Shown: in pieces, positions 34,091 to 44,032 of the stretch
Layout: every line of letters begins with the position of its first letter
How positions within the stretch are numbered: the stretch's first letter is position 1
Origin: Candidatus Eiseniibacteriota bacterium
GTDB lineage: Bacteria; Eisenbacteria; RBG-16-71-46
Length of the DNA stretch: 59,410 bases
Direction: 5' to 3'
Assembly: GCA_963725865.1 (NCBI GenBank)
Contig: CAVSAC010000015.1
Span: 1-59,410 of the forward strand
Notes under the pieces: generated by a model
Databases searched by the model: none
What the model saw: only the letters and a program-made list of their open reading frames with translations
What the model was told of the DNA's origin: nothing
Position numbers and translations under genes: made by a program

Positions 34091-34788
34091 GCTCGCCGGT
34101 GCCGCACCTGATGCCGCTCGAGGGCCGCTCGGTACTGATCGTCGATGACCAGCCCGAGGTGTGCGACATGCTGGTCGACTACCTGGTCCACCTCGGCGCG
34201 CGCGTCGAGGCGGTGATCGACGGCCATGCCGCGCTCGATCAGCTGCGGCGCGCGCCGTTCGACGCCATCGTGACCGACCTGCGCATGCCCGGCTTCGACG
34301 GAGCCGCGCTGGTGACCGCGGCGCGGCAGATCGACCCCGGGCTGGTGGTGGTGGTGATGACCGGCTACCCGTCGTTCGAGTCCGCGCTGGCGGTGGTGCG
34401 CATGGGCGCCCATGAATACCTGCGCAAGCCGTTCGACCTCGGCGAGGTGCAGCGCGCGCTGTCCTCCGGGCTCGCGTCGCGCGAGAACCGTCCGGTGGTG
34501 TCCGAGCTGGCGCCGTCGCTGCAGCTCGAGTACGCGCTCGGTCCCGACGAGGCCAGCGCCGCGCCCGCCACCGCGGCCTCGCTCGCGACGCGCCTGACCG
34601 CGCTCGCGTGGGGCGTGCCCACCCGCGCGCTCGACGGCGCCGGGCTCATGGCCGGCATCGAGGAGACTCTGACCACGCACGGCGCGGGCCTGCGAATCGC
34701 CATCGATACGCAGGGCGTGCGGGTGACCGGCGACGGCGCAGCTGACGAGCCCCTGTTCGCGTTCGACCACCCGGTCCGCGCCGCCTGA
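34087..34788 (+). CDS. Response regulator with degenerate C-terminal domain
   Basis: VLIVDDQ, TDLRMPGFDG, MTGY, YLRKPF; ATGA overlap with the upstream gene. Confidence 0.85.
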   Translation: MSSPVPHLMPLEGRSVLIVDDQPEVCDMLVDYLVHLGARVEAVIDGHAALDQLRRAPFDAIVTDLRMPGFDGAALVTAARQIDPGLVVVVMTGYPSFESALAVVRMGAHEYLRKPFDLGEVQRALSSGLASRENRPVVSELAPSLQLEYALGPDEASAAPATAASLATRLTALAWGVPTRALDGAGLMAGIEETLTTHGAGLRIAIDTQGVRVTGDGAADEPLFAFDHPVRAA

Positions 34789-34928
34789 GCGACCTCGGCC
34801 CGGGCGCGCCTCGGCGCTTGTGGTGCCGGGGCCGCGCGTGGTGCAATGGCGGTGCGCGCCCGTCCCTCCCCACCGCGCCACGACCTGGCCTCACGCCCGC
34901 AGTCCATCCACGTCCTCGGAGAGCCCGC

Positions 34929-35651
34929 ATGAGCCGTCCAGCGCGCCCGGCCATGGCGCTTGCCCTGCTGCTCGTGCTCGCGCCCGCGGCGTGGGCCGCC
35001 GGCATCGCGCCGCGCACCGCGCTCGCCGGTCTCGAGCGCGAATGGAGCGAGCGCCTGCTGGCGCGGCGGCCGACCGAGGCCACGCGCCTCGGGCTCCACG
35101 CCCGCGACGGCGCGCTGGTCCCGGTGACCGAGGATTGGATCGTCGCCGAGCGCGTCTGGCTGGCGGACTTCGCCACGCGCCTGGCCGCGCTGCCGCCGGC
35201 CGGTGCCAGCGGCGCCCGCGCCGTGGCGCGGGACTCGCTTGCGGCACGCGTGGCGCGGCTGCGCGAGCTGGACGAGGTGCGCCGGGTGTGGGCGCGCGAG
35301 CCCTCCGCCTACGCCGACCTGATCGGCGCAGCGGTGGGCGGCGCGCTCGGCCGCGCCAGCGCCTGCGACCGGGCGCATCGCGCCGCGCGCGGGCTGCGCG
35401 ACGTGCCCGAGACGCTGCGCGCCGCGCGCATCAACCTGCGCGAGCCCTCCGCCGCGGCCATCGACGCCGGGGCGCGGGCCGGCGAGGCGCTGCTCCAGCG
35501 GCTGCGCACCGAGGTCCCGGCGCGCACCGAGGGCTGCCGGGACGCTTACAGCCAGGCCGCGCTCGCGGAGGCCGACACGGCGGCGGTCCGCGCGGTGGAG
35601 GCGTTCGTGCGCTACCTGCGCGAGGATCTGCGTCCGCCCGCTTCTCGTTGA
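34929..35651 (+). CDS. Exported protein resembling the N-terminal part of DUF885
   Basis: Signal peptide, P..AT.LG.H..D, W.R.P..Y, L..VP..L..AR.NL. Confidence 0.5.
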   Translation: MSRPARPAMALALLLVLAPAAWAAGIAPRTALAGLEREWSERLLARRPTEATRLGLHARDGALVPVTEDWIVAERVWLADFATRLAALPPAGASGARAVARDSLAARVARLRELDEVRRVWAREPSAYADLIGAAVGGALGRASACDRAHRAARGLRDVPETLRAARINLREPSAAAIDAGARAGEALLQRLRTEVPARTEGCRDAYSQAALAEADTAAVRAVEAFVRYLREDLRPPASR

Positions 35652-35739
35652 CCGCACGCCTGCGACTCGCCTAAAGTCCCGCTGCAGTCTTCGCCGATAC
35701 CAGGGAAGGATCGGCCGATCCGACATGTCAGGAGGTTCC

Positions 35740-36714
35740 ATGCTGCACCGCCTCGCGCGGCGCTGGGGCGCTGTGCTCCTCGCCGGCGTCCTGGCGTGCA
35801 CGGCCACGATGGCCGACGCCGCCAGTCCGACCCCCCGTCAGCACACCCCGACGGTCCAGCAGACGGCCCACCGACACGGCAAGAGCGTCGTGTCGAAGAC
35901 CGCGCGGCGCAAGGCGCGCCGCCCGGCCGCTTCCAACGCCCGCAGGCACCGCGCACGTCGCGCGCCGCCCGGGGGCGTCTATGCGCGCAACGCCATCGTC
36001 ATCGACCCGCAGACCGGCGAGGTGCTCTACGAGAAGGACGCCGGCGCCTCGGTGCCGATCGCGAGCCTCACCAAGCTCATGACCGCGATGGTGTTCCTGG
36101 AGATGAAGCCCGACCTCGAGCGCGAGGCCATCGTGACTCGCCCCGACCTCGACGGCGCCGGCCGCACGCGGCTGCACCGCGGCGAGCAGGTGCGGCTGGG
36201 CGACCTGCTCCACATGAGCCTGATGTGCTCGGACAACTGCGCCACGCGGGTGCTGGCGCGCGAGTCGGGCCTGAGCCCCGAGGAGTTCCTGTCGCGCATG
36301 AACCGCAAGGCCGACGACCTCGGCCTGTCGCACACGCGCTTCGTGGAGTTCACCGGGCTCGACGAGCGAAACGTGTCGACCGCCAGCGACGTGGCGCGCC
36401 TGCTGCGTGCCGCCGCCGGCCAGCCGCTGTTCCGGGAGATCACCACCACGCGCTCGTACGAGTTCCGCAGCGACCGGTGGGACCACGCGGTGCACAACAC
36501 CAACCGGCTGCTCTACAGCCACTACGAGATCCTCGGTGGCAAGACCGGCTTCATCAACGAGGCCGGCTACTGCTTCGCCACCTGGGTCAGGGACCAGGGC
36601 CGCGACATGATCGCGGTGGTGCTCGGCGCGCCCACCAACGCCACCCGCTTCGCCGACGTGGTGCGCCTGCTCGACAAGGTCTCGGCCGCCGGAGTGGCCC
36701 CGACCGCGCGTTGA
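35740..36714 (+). CDS. Peptidase S11 D-alanyl-D-alanine carboxy/endopeptidase (PbpG-like)
   Basis: PIASLTKLM (SxxK), SDN, GGKTGFINEAGYC. Confidence 0.92.
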   Translation: MLHRLARRWGAVLLAGVLACTATMADAASPTPRQHTPTVQQTAHRHGKSVVSKTARRKARRPAASNARRHRARRAPPGGVYARNAIVIDPQTGEVLYEKDAGASVPIASLTKLMTAMVFLEMKPDLEREAIVTRPDLDGAGRTRLHRGEQVRLGDLLHMSLMCSDNCATRVLARESGLSPEEFLSRMNRKADDLGLSHTRFVEFTGLDERNVSTASDVARLLRAAAGQPLFREITTTRSYEFRSDRWDHAVHNTNRLLYSHYEILGGKTGFINEAGYCFATWVRDQGRDMIAVVLGAPTNATRFADVVRLLDKVSAAGVAPTAR

Positions 36715-37209
36715 GCCGGGCAGGTCACGACCGCCCGCGACCGCGTCGCGGCCCCGCTCCGGGGCCTCGCGATGGGCTCGCGGGCGGACCCGTTCCGGCC
36801 CGCCCCGCCGGCCCCCCGCACCAGCCCCTGAACACCCGGGCACTGCCGAAGCGGAATGCAATCGGTCGCGCCGGCTTCCCTGCGGCTTGGAGGCCCGTGC
36901 GGGTCGCATCCCGCAATGCGCCGGGCAGGATGCCCGGTCGGGAGCCATCTTTTCATGCACTCGTAACTTGCAGCGAATGCGGCGGGTCCGCTATCGTTAT
37001 CTCAGTTTGAAAGGCCGACGGTGATCGCTCGGGGGAACTCCCCCCACCCGAACACCCGCCATCGCCGGTCGTGGGCGTCACCGAGGGGGAATGGCCGCTC
37101 CAAGGATCATCAGTCCGGGGAGCCCCACGCGAGGCAGTCGCCAGCCAACTCAGGCAATCGACGCATCGCAGCTCTGCATCCGCGCAGCACCATCCAAGGA
37201 GATCGACAC

Positions 37210-37938
37210 ATGAAAAAGATTGCCACCAGTCTCATCGCCCTCGCGATCGGTGTCACGGTCGCCTCGTCGGCGTTCGCCGTCACCCTGATGACCGAGACGT
37301 TCACGTATCCGAACGGCGACCTCACCGTCGTCGGCGCCCCGTTCTGGCTCGTGCACAGCGGAACCCCGCCCACGGACATCCAGGTCGTCAGCGGACAGGC
37401 CGTCGGCCTGATGTCGAACTTCCCGGACGACAACCGTGCCTTCGGCCCGCGTGCCGCCAATGACGTGACCTATGCCTGCTTCCAGGTGACGATCCCGGCC
37501 ACCACCACGCCGGTCACGAACTACTTCGCCCACTTCAAGGATTCGGGCACGGGCTTCACGTCGCGCGTGTACGTCACGGCCTCGGGCGCCTCGTTCACGT
37601 TCGGCCTCGGCACCAGCAGCACCATGACCCAGACCTGGCCGGTCGCGCTCAACTACGGCCAGCAGTACACGATCGCCATCTCCTACAACGCCGTGACCGG
37701 CGTCAGCGAGATGTGGGTCGATCCGATCGACGCGACGAGCCCGAAGGTCACCACCGTCCCCGGCACCACCGGGCTCGTTCTGGCGGGCTTCGCGCTCCGT
37801 CAGTCCAACTCCGGCGGCACGGCGTGGGGCTACATGGTGGACAACATCCAGGTCGGCACCACGTTCGATGACACCTGCCCGCACCCGACGCCGGTGAACT
37901 CGTCGAGCTGGGGCCACATCAAGACCATGTATCGCTAG
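37210..37938 (+). CDS. Secreted beta-sandwich protein with C-terminal SWGxIKxMYR motif
   Basis: RBS aaggag, signal peptide MKKIATSLIALAIGVTVASSAFA, ends TPVNSSSWGHIKTMYR. Confidence 0.8.
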   Translation: MKKIATSLIALAIGVTVASSAFAVTLMTETFTYPNGDLTVVGAPFWLVHSGTPPTDIQVVSGQAVGLMSNFPDDNRAFGPRAANDVTYACFQVTIPATTTPVTNYFAHFKDSGTGFTSRVYVTASGASFTFGLGTSSTMTQTWPVALNYGQQYTIAISYNAVTGVSEMWVDPIDATSPKVTTVPGTTGLVLAGFALRQSNSGGTAWGYMVDNIQVGTTFDDTCPHPTPVNSSSWGHIKTMYR

Positions 37939-37979
37939 TCCCGACGACGGAGGCGCGAGCCTCCACGTCCGAGCATCCT

Positions 37980-38007
37980 CGAGGGCCCGGCAACCGCCGG
38001 GCCCTCG
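37980..38007 (+). terminator. Hairpin downstream of the secreted-protein gene
   Basis: cgagggcccgg...ccgggccctcg followed by tcgtctc. Confidence 0.5.
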
Positions 38008-38189
38008 TCGTCTCCCTCCCGGCCGTGCGCCCGCGCACCAACCGTGAGCGGTCTGCCCCTCCTGCGGCCGGTTCCCGACCACCCCAGGCGCCGGCACGCC
38101 GGTCCGGGGCGGCGAGCCGTCCATGGCAAGTCCCGCTCTGGCAGTCGCTTGGTCCCGGATGGCCGGGCAGCACAACTTCCCTACGGACC

Positions 38190-38205
38190 CGGCGAGCGAA
38201 TTGCT
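38190..38205 (+). promoter_or_regulatory. Putative sigma54 -24/-12 promoter of lon
   Basis: cGGCgaGcgaaTTGCT with GG-N10-GC spacing; overlaps the palindrome attgc-N5-gcaat. Confidence 0.5.
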
Positions 38206-38298
38206 AATCGCAATAGGTGGGGAGCCGGCTCCACCCGTCCCCGCGAGGCCCCGTCCGATTCGCGCGCAGCATCCGGTCCATCCCGGAGAGGAGACCTC

Positions 38299-40087
38299 AT
38301 GCCCCGCAACGCCCGTTCGCGCTCGCTCCGCGCCCCCAAGGGAGAGCGTCCGATGCGCGCGCAGAGCGCCGCGCTCGAGCGTGCGACCGAGGACGCCCCG
38401 CCGCGCCGCCCGTCGCGCGCCGTGCCGCTGCCGGGCGAGGTGTCGCGCCAGGCCCAGCGCGAGATGGACCGGCTGCGCCGCCTGCCCTCGGGCTCGCCCG
38501 AGGCCGCGCAGGTGCGCGCCTACCTGCAGTGGCTGTGGTCGCTGCCGTGGGAGCAGGTCGCCCGCGAGGATGCCGATCTCAAGCAGGTCGAGCAGGTCCT
38601 CGAGCGCGACCACCTCGGCCTGGAGAAGGCCAAGGAGCGCATCGTCGAGTACCTCGCGGTGCGCCGGCTCAAGGCCGACCTGCCCGGACCCGCGCTGTGC
38701 CTGGTGGGCCCGCCCGGGACCGGCAAGTCGTCGCTCGGCGCCGCGGTGGCGCGCGCGCTGCACCGGCCGTTCGTGCGCATCAGCGTCTCGGGCACCAGCG
38801 ACGCCGTCGACCTGGCGGGCGTGCCGCGCACGCTGCCGGGCGCGCAGCCCGGGCAGCATCGCTGCGCGCGCTGCGCGACGCGGGCGTGACGCAACCCGGT
38901 GCTGGTGATCGACGGCGTCGACCGGCTGGTGGGCGAGGGCGGCCTGGGCGTGGCCGAGGTGCTGCTCGAGCTGCTCGATCCCGAGAGCAACGCGCGCTTC
39001 ACCGACCACTACATCGGGCTGCCGATCGACCTGTCGCACGGGGTGCTGCTGCTGTGCGCGAACAACCTCGACATGGTGCCCGACAACCTCCAGGAGCGCC
39101 TCGAGGTCATCGAGGTGCCGGGCTACAGCGAGGACGAGAAGCTCGCCATCGCGCAGCGCTTCCTGGTGCCGCGCGCGCTGCAGGAGCACGGCCTCACCGC
39201 GCGCGACCTCGCCGTCGACGAGGACGCGCTGCGCGCCATGGTGCGCCACTACACGCTCGAGGCCGGCGTGCGCGGGCTGTCGCGTCAGATCGCGACCGTG
39301 TGCCGCAAGGTGGCGCGCGCGCGCGCGACCGGCGACGCTCGCCGCCACAACGCCAGCCTCGACCGTCTCGAGCGCTACCTCGGCCACCGCGTCTACGCCG
39401 CCCGAGATGGCGGGCAAGGACGACGAGGTGGGCGTGGCCGCCGGCCTGGCGTGGACCGCCGCGGGCGGCGAGGTGCTGATCGTCGAGGCGCTGAAGATGC
39501 CCGGCTCGGGCCGCGTCACGACCACCGGCCAGCTCGGCGAGGTCATGAAGGAATCGGTGACGGCGGCGCACTCCTACGTGCGCTCGCGCGCCGACCTGCT
39601 CGAGATCGACGCCGAGGCGTTCTCGAACACCGACATCCACATCCACTTCCCCGCCGCGGGGGTGCCCAAGGACGGTCCGTCGGCCGGCATCACCGTGGGC
39701 CTGGTCATCGCCTCGGTGCTGAGCGACCGGCCGATCCGGCACGACATCGCCATGACCGGCGAGGTCAGCCTGCGCGGCAAGGTGCTGCTGGTGGGAGGGC
39801 TGCGCGAGAAGGCGCTCGCCGCCTATCGCGCCGGCTTCCGCGCGCTGCTGTTCCCGGCGGTGAACCTCAAGGACCTCGACGACGTGCCCGCCGACGTGCG
39901 CGAGCGCCTCGAGCTCATCCCGGTCGAGACCATGGACGAGGTGTTCGAGATCGCGCTCCACCGCGTCATCCTCCCGCCGCGCGTCGGCGGCAACTTCATC
40001 ATCGAGGTCGAGGAGGACGAGGCGGAGGACGAGGAGGAGACACCGCGCGGTCCCGGCGCCGAGGCGCGCGGGCGCCGGCGCCGCTAG
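38299..40087 (+). CDS. lon: Lon-family (S16) protease lacking the N-domain, with atypical AAA+ motifs; two read frameshifts
   Basis: DHLGLEKAKERIVEYLAV, GPPGTGKS, F.DHY, YTLEAGVR.L, PKDGPSAG, AMTGEVSLRG, GGLREK. Confidence 0.9.
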
Positions 40088-40169
40088 ACCGGGTCCCGCC
40101 GCCCGGCCCCATCGCGCCGGCACGGCGAGACGGCTTCCCCGGCCCGGCCGCCTCGCGCATACTGCCGCG

Positions 40170-42215
40170 ATGCCGCGCTCCCAGCGGGCCCCGCGCCCGC
40201 GTCCCGCCGTGCCCGGCCCACGGGCCAGCGCCGTCGCCGGGCCGAGCGCGCCACCGTCGCGCGCCGAGGTGCTGGCGGTGGCCGGCCTGGCGCTCGCGTA
40301 CGCGGCGCTGTTCAGCACGCTGTGCGCGATCAAGTACCACTGGTTCCTCTACACCGACTTCGACCTGGCCATCTTCTCGCAGGCGACCGGCGGCATCCTG
40401 CGCGGCACGCTGTTCTCGTCGATCCGCGGCATGGTGTGGCCGGGCGACCACCAGTCGCTGATCCTGTTCCTGATCGCGCCGCTCTACGCCCTGTTCCGCC
40501 ACCCGATCACGCTGCTCACGCTCCAGTCGGTGGCGCTCGCCGGCGGCGCGTTCCCGGTGTGGCGCCTGGCGCGACGCGAGCTGGGCCCGGGGGCGCCCGC
40601 GGTGATGGCCGCCGCGCTCTACCTGCTGTACCCGGCGCTCGGCTACGTGAACCTCTTCGAGTTCCACCCCGAGGCCCTCGCCACGCCCCTGCTGCTCGCG
40701 GCGCTCGAGGGCGCGTGGGCGGGCGCTCCGCGGCGCGCGTGGACGTTCGCGGCGCTGGCCCTGCTCACCCGCGAGGACGTGACGCTCGCGGTGGCCGGCC
40801 TCGCCCTCGCGGTGACCCTCGCGCGCCGGCCGCGCGCGCGCGCCGTGGCGCTCGGGCTGGTGGGGCTGGCCGCGGTGGTGGCGGTGGTGGACTTCGGCGT
40901 GCTGCGGCCTTGGCTCGGCGGCGGCGGCGAGGCCGAGTACGGGCGCATGTACGCGGCCTGGGGCGACACCCCGGGCGCGATCGTGCTCCACCTGCTGCGC
41001 GAGCCCTGGAACGCGGTCGCGGCCCTGTTCTCCACCCCCGGCGATCCCAGCGACGGGCGGCTCAAGCTGCTCTACTGGCTCCACCTGCTGCTGCCGCTCG
41101 CGGGCCTGTCGCTGCTCCGCCCGGTGCTGCTGCTGCCGGCGGCGCCGATCCTGATCGAGCACCTTCTGTCGTCACGGATGCCGCAGCACACCATCGTCTA
41201 CCAGTACACCTCGCTGGTGACGCCGTTCCTGGTCGCCGCGGCGGTGCTGGGCGCGGCGCGCGTGGCGGGCCACCGCGCCGCGCGCGCGCGCGCGGTGATG
41301 CTCGCAGCACTCGGCGCCGGGCTCGTCGCGCAGGTGATGTTCGGCCCTCTGGTGGGCGTGGGCGCGCTCCAGGGCGTGTCGCGCCCGCAGTCCATCGTGC
41401 CCGACGACGGGGACCGCGCCCTCCAGCCGGTGCGCGAGCGCATGGTCGCGCGCATCCCGCGCCACGGCGGCGTTGTCGCCGGCTTCGAGTTCCTGCCGCG
41501 GCTGGCCGACCGCGACGACGTGCACTCGATCCACCACCTGCTGGGCGGTCACTTCACCTACTCCCAGAAGGCCTACCCGGTGCCGGGCGGCATCGTCGCG
41601 GTGCTGGCCGACGTGGGCTCGAGCGCGCTGCTGCGCTACATGGAGCCGGGCACCGCCGCACGCTGGCGCGAGCTGGAGAGCCGCAACGACCTGCATCCGG
41701 TCGACGCCGCGGACGACCTGGTGCTCGACCTGGCGGGCGCGCGGGACACGGTCGAGCTGGTGACCTCGGGGGTGGCGACGACACCCGCGGCGCACCGCGT
41801 CACCTACGCGGGACGCCTCGCGCTGGTCGGCGCGGTCGGGCCAGCGGGTGAGGTCGCGGCCGGCGACACGGCGAGCTTCGCGCTCGACTGGGCGCGCGTC
41901 GCGCCGATCGAGCGCCTGCTGGTGGCGCAGATCGTGGTGGTCGACACGGTCGGACGCGTCGTGGTGGACCGCTACCGCTATCTGGGCTACACGCGCTACC
42001 CGGCGGACCGCTGGCCGGCGGGCGAGGTGGTGCGCGAGCGCTACCGCATGACGCTGCCGGAGGCGCTGCCGCCGGGACGCTACGCCCTCGGGGTGAGGGT
42101 GTGGGACCGGGGCCCGCCGCAGCGGCTCATGACCGCCGACGATCCCCAGGCGCGACGCGACGCGATGTTCACCACCTTCGGCCGCATCGTGGTGCGCGCG
42201 CCCGCGCGGCGTTGA
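40170..42215 (+). CDS. DUF2079-type multi-pass membrane protein (GT-C glycosyltransferase-like)
   Basis: DFDLAIFSQ, GDH, NLFEFHPE, RED, YQY; many TM segments and a C-terminal Ig-like domain. Confidence 0.75.
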   Translation: MPRSQRAPRPRPAVPGPRASAVAGPSAPPSRAEVLAVAGLALAYAALFSTLCAIKYHWFLYTDFDLAIFSQATGGILRGTLFSSIRGMVWPGDHQSLILFLIAPLYALFRHPITLLTLQSVALAGGAFPVWRLARRELGPGAPAVMAAALYLLYPALGYVNLFEFHPEALATPLLLAALEGAWAGAPRRAWTFAALALLTREDVTLAVAGLALAVTLARRPRARAVALGLVGLAAVVAVVDFGVLRPWLGGGGEAEYGRMYAAWGDTPGAIVLHLLREPWNAVAALFSTPGDPSDGRLKLLYWLHLLLPLAGLSLLRPVLLLPAAPILIEHLLSSRMPQHTIVYQYTSLVTPFLVAAAVLGAARVAGHRAARARAVMLAALGAGLVAQVMFGPLVGVGALQGVSRPQSIVPDDGDRALQPVRERMVARIPRHGGVVAGFEFLPRLADRDDVHSIHHLLGGHFTYSQKAYPVPGGIVAVLADVGSSALLRYMEPGTAARWRELESRNDLHPVDAADDLVLDLAGARDTVELVTSGVATTPAAHRVTYAGRLALVGAVGPAGEVAAGDTASFALDWARVAPIERLLVAQIVVVDTVGRVVVDRYRYLGYTRYPADRWPAGEVVRERYRMTLPEALPPGRYALGVRVWDRGPPQRLMTADDPQARRDAMFTTFGRIVVRAPARR

Positions 42216-42259
42216 ATCCGGGCGCGTTGGCGCGGCGACGCGCCTCGTGCCGGCGGGGT

Positions 42260-42646
42260 TCAGAGCGGCGCGTCGCCGCCCGCGTCGTTCACGTCCTCGT
42301 CCCGCACCTGCCCGCCGCGCTCGAGCGCCAGCAGGTAGCCGGCGAGCAGCGTGCGCGCCTCGAGCGCCTCCTCGCGCGGCACCAGGATCTCTCCCCACGC
42401 CTCGGTGGTCCAGTCCCGGCGCACCGCGCCGTAGCCGGCGATGGTGGCACTGCGCAGCACCGCGCGGATCCCGGCCTGCTCGAGCACGCCGCACAGCAGC
42501 GCGCCGGACGCCGCGTCGGGCACGCGGTGCACGATCACCGGATCGCCCTCGTGGCCGGGCGGCGAGTCGGCGAGCACGGCGCGGCACTCCCGGCACGCGA
42601 CGATGCCGGCGGGATATTCCCTCCCGCACTCCGGGCACCACGGCAT
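42260..42646 (-). CDS. Zn-ribbon + DUF2007-like small protein
   Basis: MPWCPECGREY..GIVACREC, LEQAGI, EILVP. Confidence 0.7.
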   Translation of the reverse strand: MPWCPECGREYPAGIVACRECRAVLADSPPGHEGDPVIVHRVPDAASGALLCGVLEQAGIRAVLRSATIAGYGAVRRDWTTEAWGEILVPREEALEARTLLAGYLLALERGGQVRDEDVNDAGGDAPL

Positions 42647-43860
42647 CACGGCCTCGCCGCGCCGGCGGCGCCGAGCATGTCGTGCGCCCCCAGCCGGCGC
42701 GCGGCCTCGTGCACGTCCTCGCGCCGCGTCGCCAGCGACAGGCGCACGTGGCGATCGTACTCGGGTCCGAACGCGGTCCCCGGCAGCACCGCCACGCCGA
42801 GCTCGAGCCACTCGCGCACCAGCGCCCACAGGTCGCGGCCGCGCAGCGCGGCGGAGACGTCGGCGAACACGTAGAACGCCCCGCGCGGCCGCGGGATGCG
42901 CAGCGCCGGCTGGGCGGCGAGCCCGTCGAGCAGCAGGTCGCGGCGCTCGGCGTAGGCGCGCGTCATCGCGGCGACGCACTCCTGCGACGACTCCACCGCC
43001 ACGCGCGCCGCGGTCTGTGCCGCGGGGAAGACGCCGTGCGTGGTGTAGAACGCCAGCAGCGGTCCCATCACCGGGCGCATCGCGGGCGGGGTGACCACGT
43101 AGCCGAGGCGCCAGCCGGTCATCGCGTACGACTTGCTGAACGTGTACACGCTGAGGGTGCGCTCCGCCATGCCCGGCAGCGCCGCGAGGCTGAGGTGCTC
43201 GGCGCCGTCGAAGAGCTGGTGCTCGTAGGCCTCGTCGCTCACCACCCACAGGTCGCGCTCGATCGCCACCGCCGCGACCGCTTCGAGCTGGGCGCGCTCG
43301 AGCACCAGGCCGGTGGGGTTGTTGGGCGAATTCAGGTAGAGCCCCCGGGTCGCGGGCCCGAGCGCCGCCCGCAGGCGGTCGGCGAACGCCGCGGCGCTCT
43401 CGCCCACGGCCAGCTCGAGGTAGGCCGGGAACGAGCGCATCGTGGCGCCGTGCGCGAAGCCCACCAGCTTGGGCAGCGCCATCCAGTAGGGCGAGAGCGC
43501 GAGCAGCTCGTCGCCGGCGCCGAGCAGGCCCTGGAACGCCAGGTAGAGCCCGTGGGTGCCGCCGCAGGTGAGCACGATGTCGTCGGGCTCGCAGTGGATG
43601 CCGTTCTCGCGCGCCAGCTTCGCCATCAGCGCCTCGCGCACCTTCAGCGTGCCGCGCGGGTCGGGGTAGTGGGTCTCGCCGGCGCGCGCCGCGGCGGCCA
43701 GCGCCTCGACGATGTGCGGCGGGGTGTCGAAGTCGGGCTCGCCGCGCTCCAGGTGCAGGACGCGCTCGCCGCGCTGCTCGCGCTGGCGCGCGGCGGCCAT
43801 GACCTCGGCCAGCGCGGAGGTGGCACGGAGCACCGGTCGGTCGGCGATGAGGCGGGGCAT
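42646..43860 (-). CDS. PLP-dependent aminotransferase class I/II
   Basis: GEPDFDTP, NSPNNPTG, SDEAY, FSKSYAMTGWRLG, GAFYVF. Confidence 0.92.
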   Translation of the reverse strand: MPRLIADRPVLRATSALAEVMAAARQREQRGERVLHLERGEPDFDTPPHIVEALAAAARAGETHYPDPRGTLKVREALMAKLARENGIHCEPDDIVLTCGGTHGLYLAFQGLLGAGDELLALSPYWMALPKLVGFAHGATMRSFPAYLELAVGESAAAFADRLRAALGPATRGLYLNSPNNPTGLVLERAQLEAVAAVAIERDLWVVSDEAYEHQLFDGAEHLSLAALPGMAERTLSVYTFSKSYAMTGWRLGYVVTPPAMRPVMGPLLAFYTTHGVFPAAQTAARVAVESSQECVAAMTRAYAERRDLLLDGLAAQPALRIPRPRGAFYVFADVSAALRGRDLWALVREWLELGVAVLPGTAFGPEYDRHVRLSLATRREDVHEAARRLGAHDMLGAAGAARP

Positions 43861-44032
43861 GGGACGGATTCCTCGTGGCCTGGGCGTGGGGGGCGAAGGA
43901 CCGAGGCGACACTCTATCACGCGGCCCGTCCCCCGCCGGGGCACGTTGCGTTCCGCACGCCCCACGCGGCACACCGATTGCCTGAGGGGTGTCCACCTCT
44001 CAGCCGGTCCACGACATCAGGGAGAGACGATC

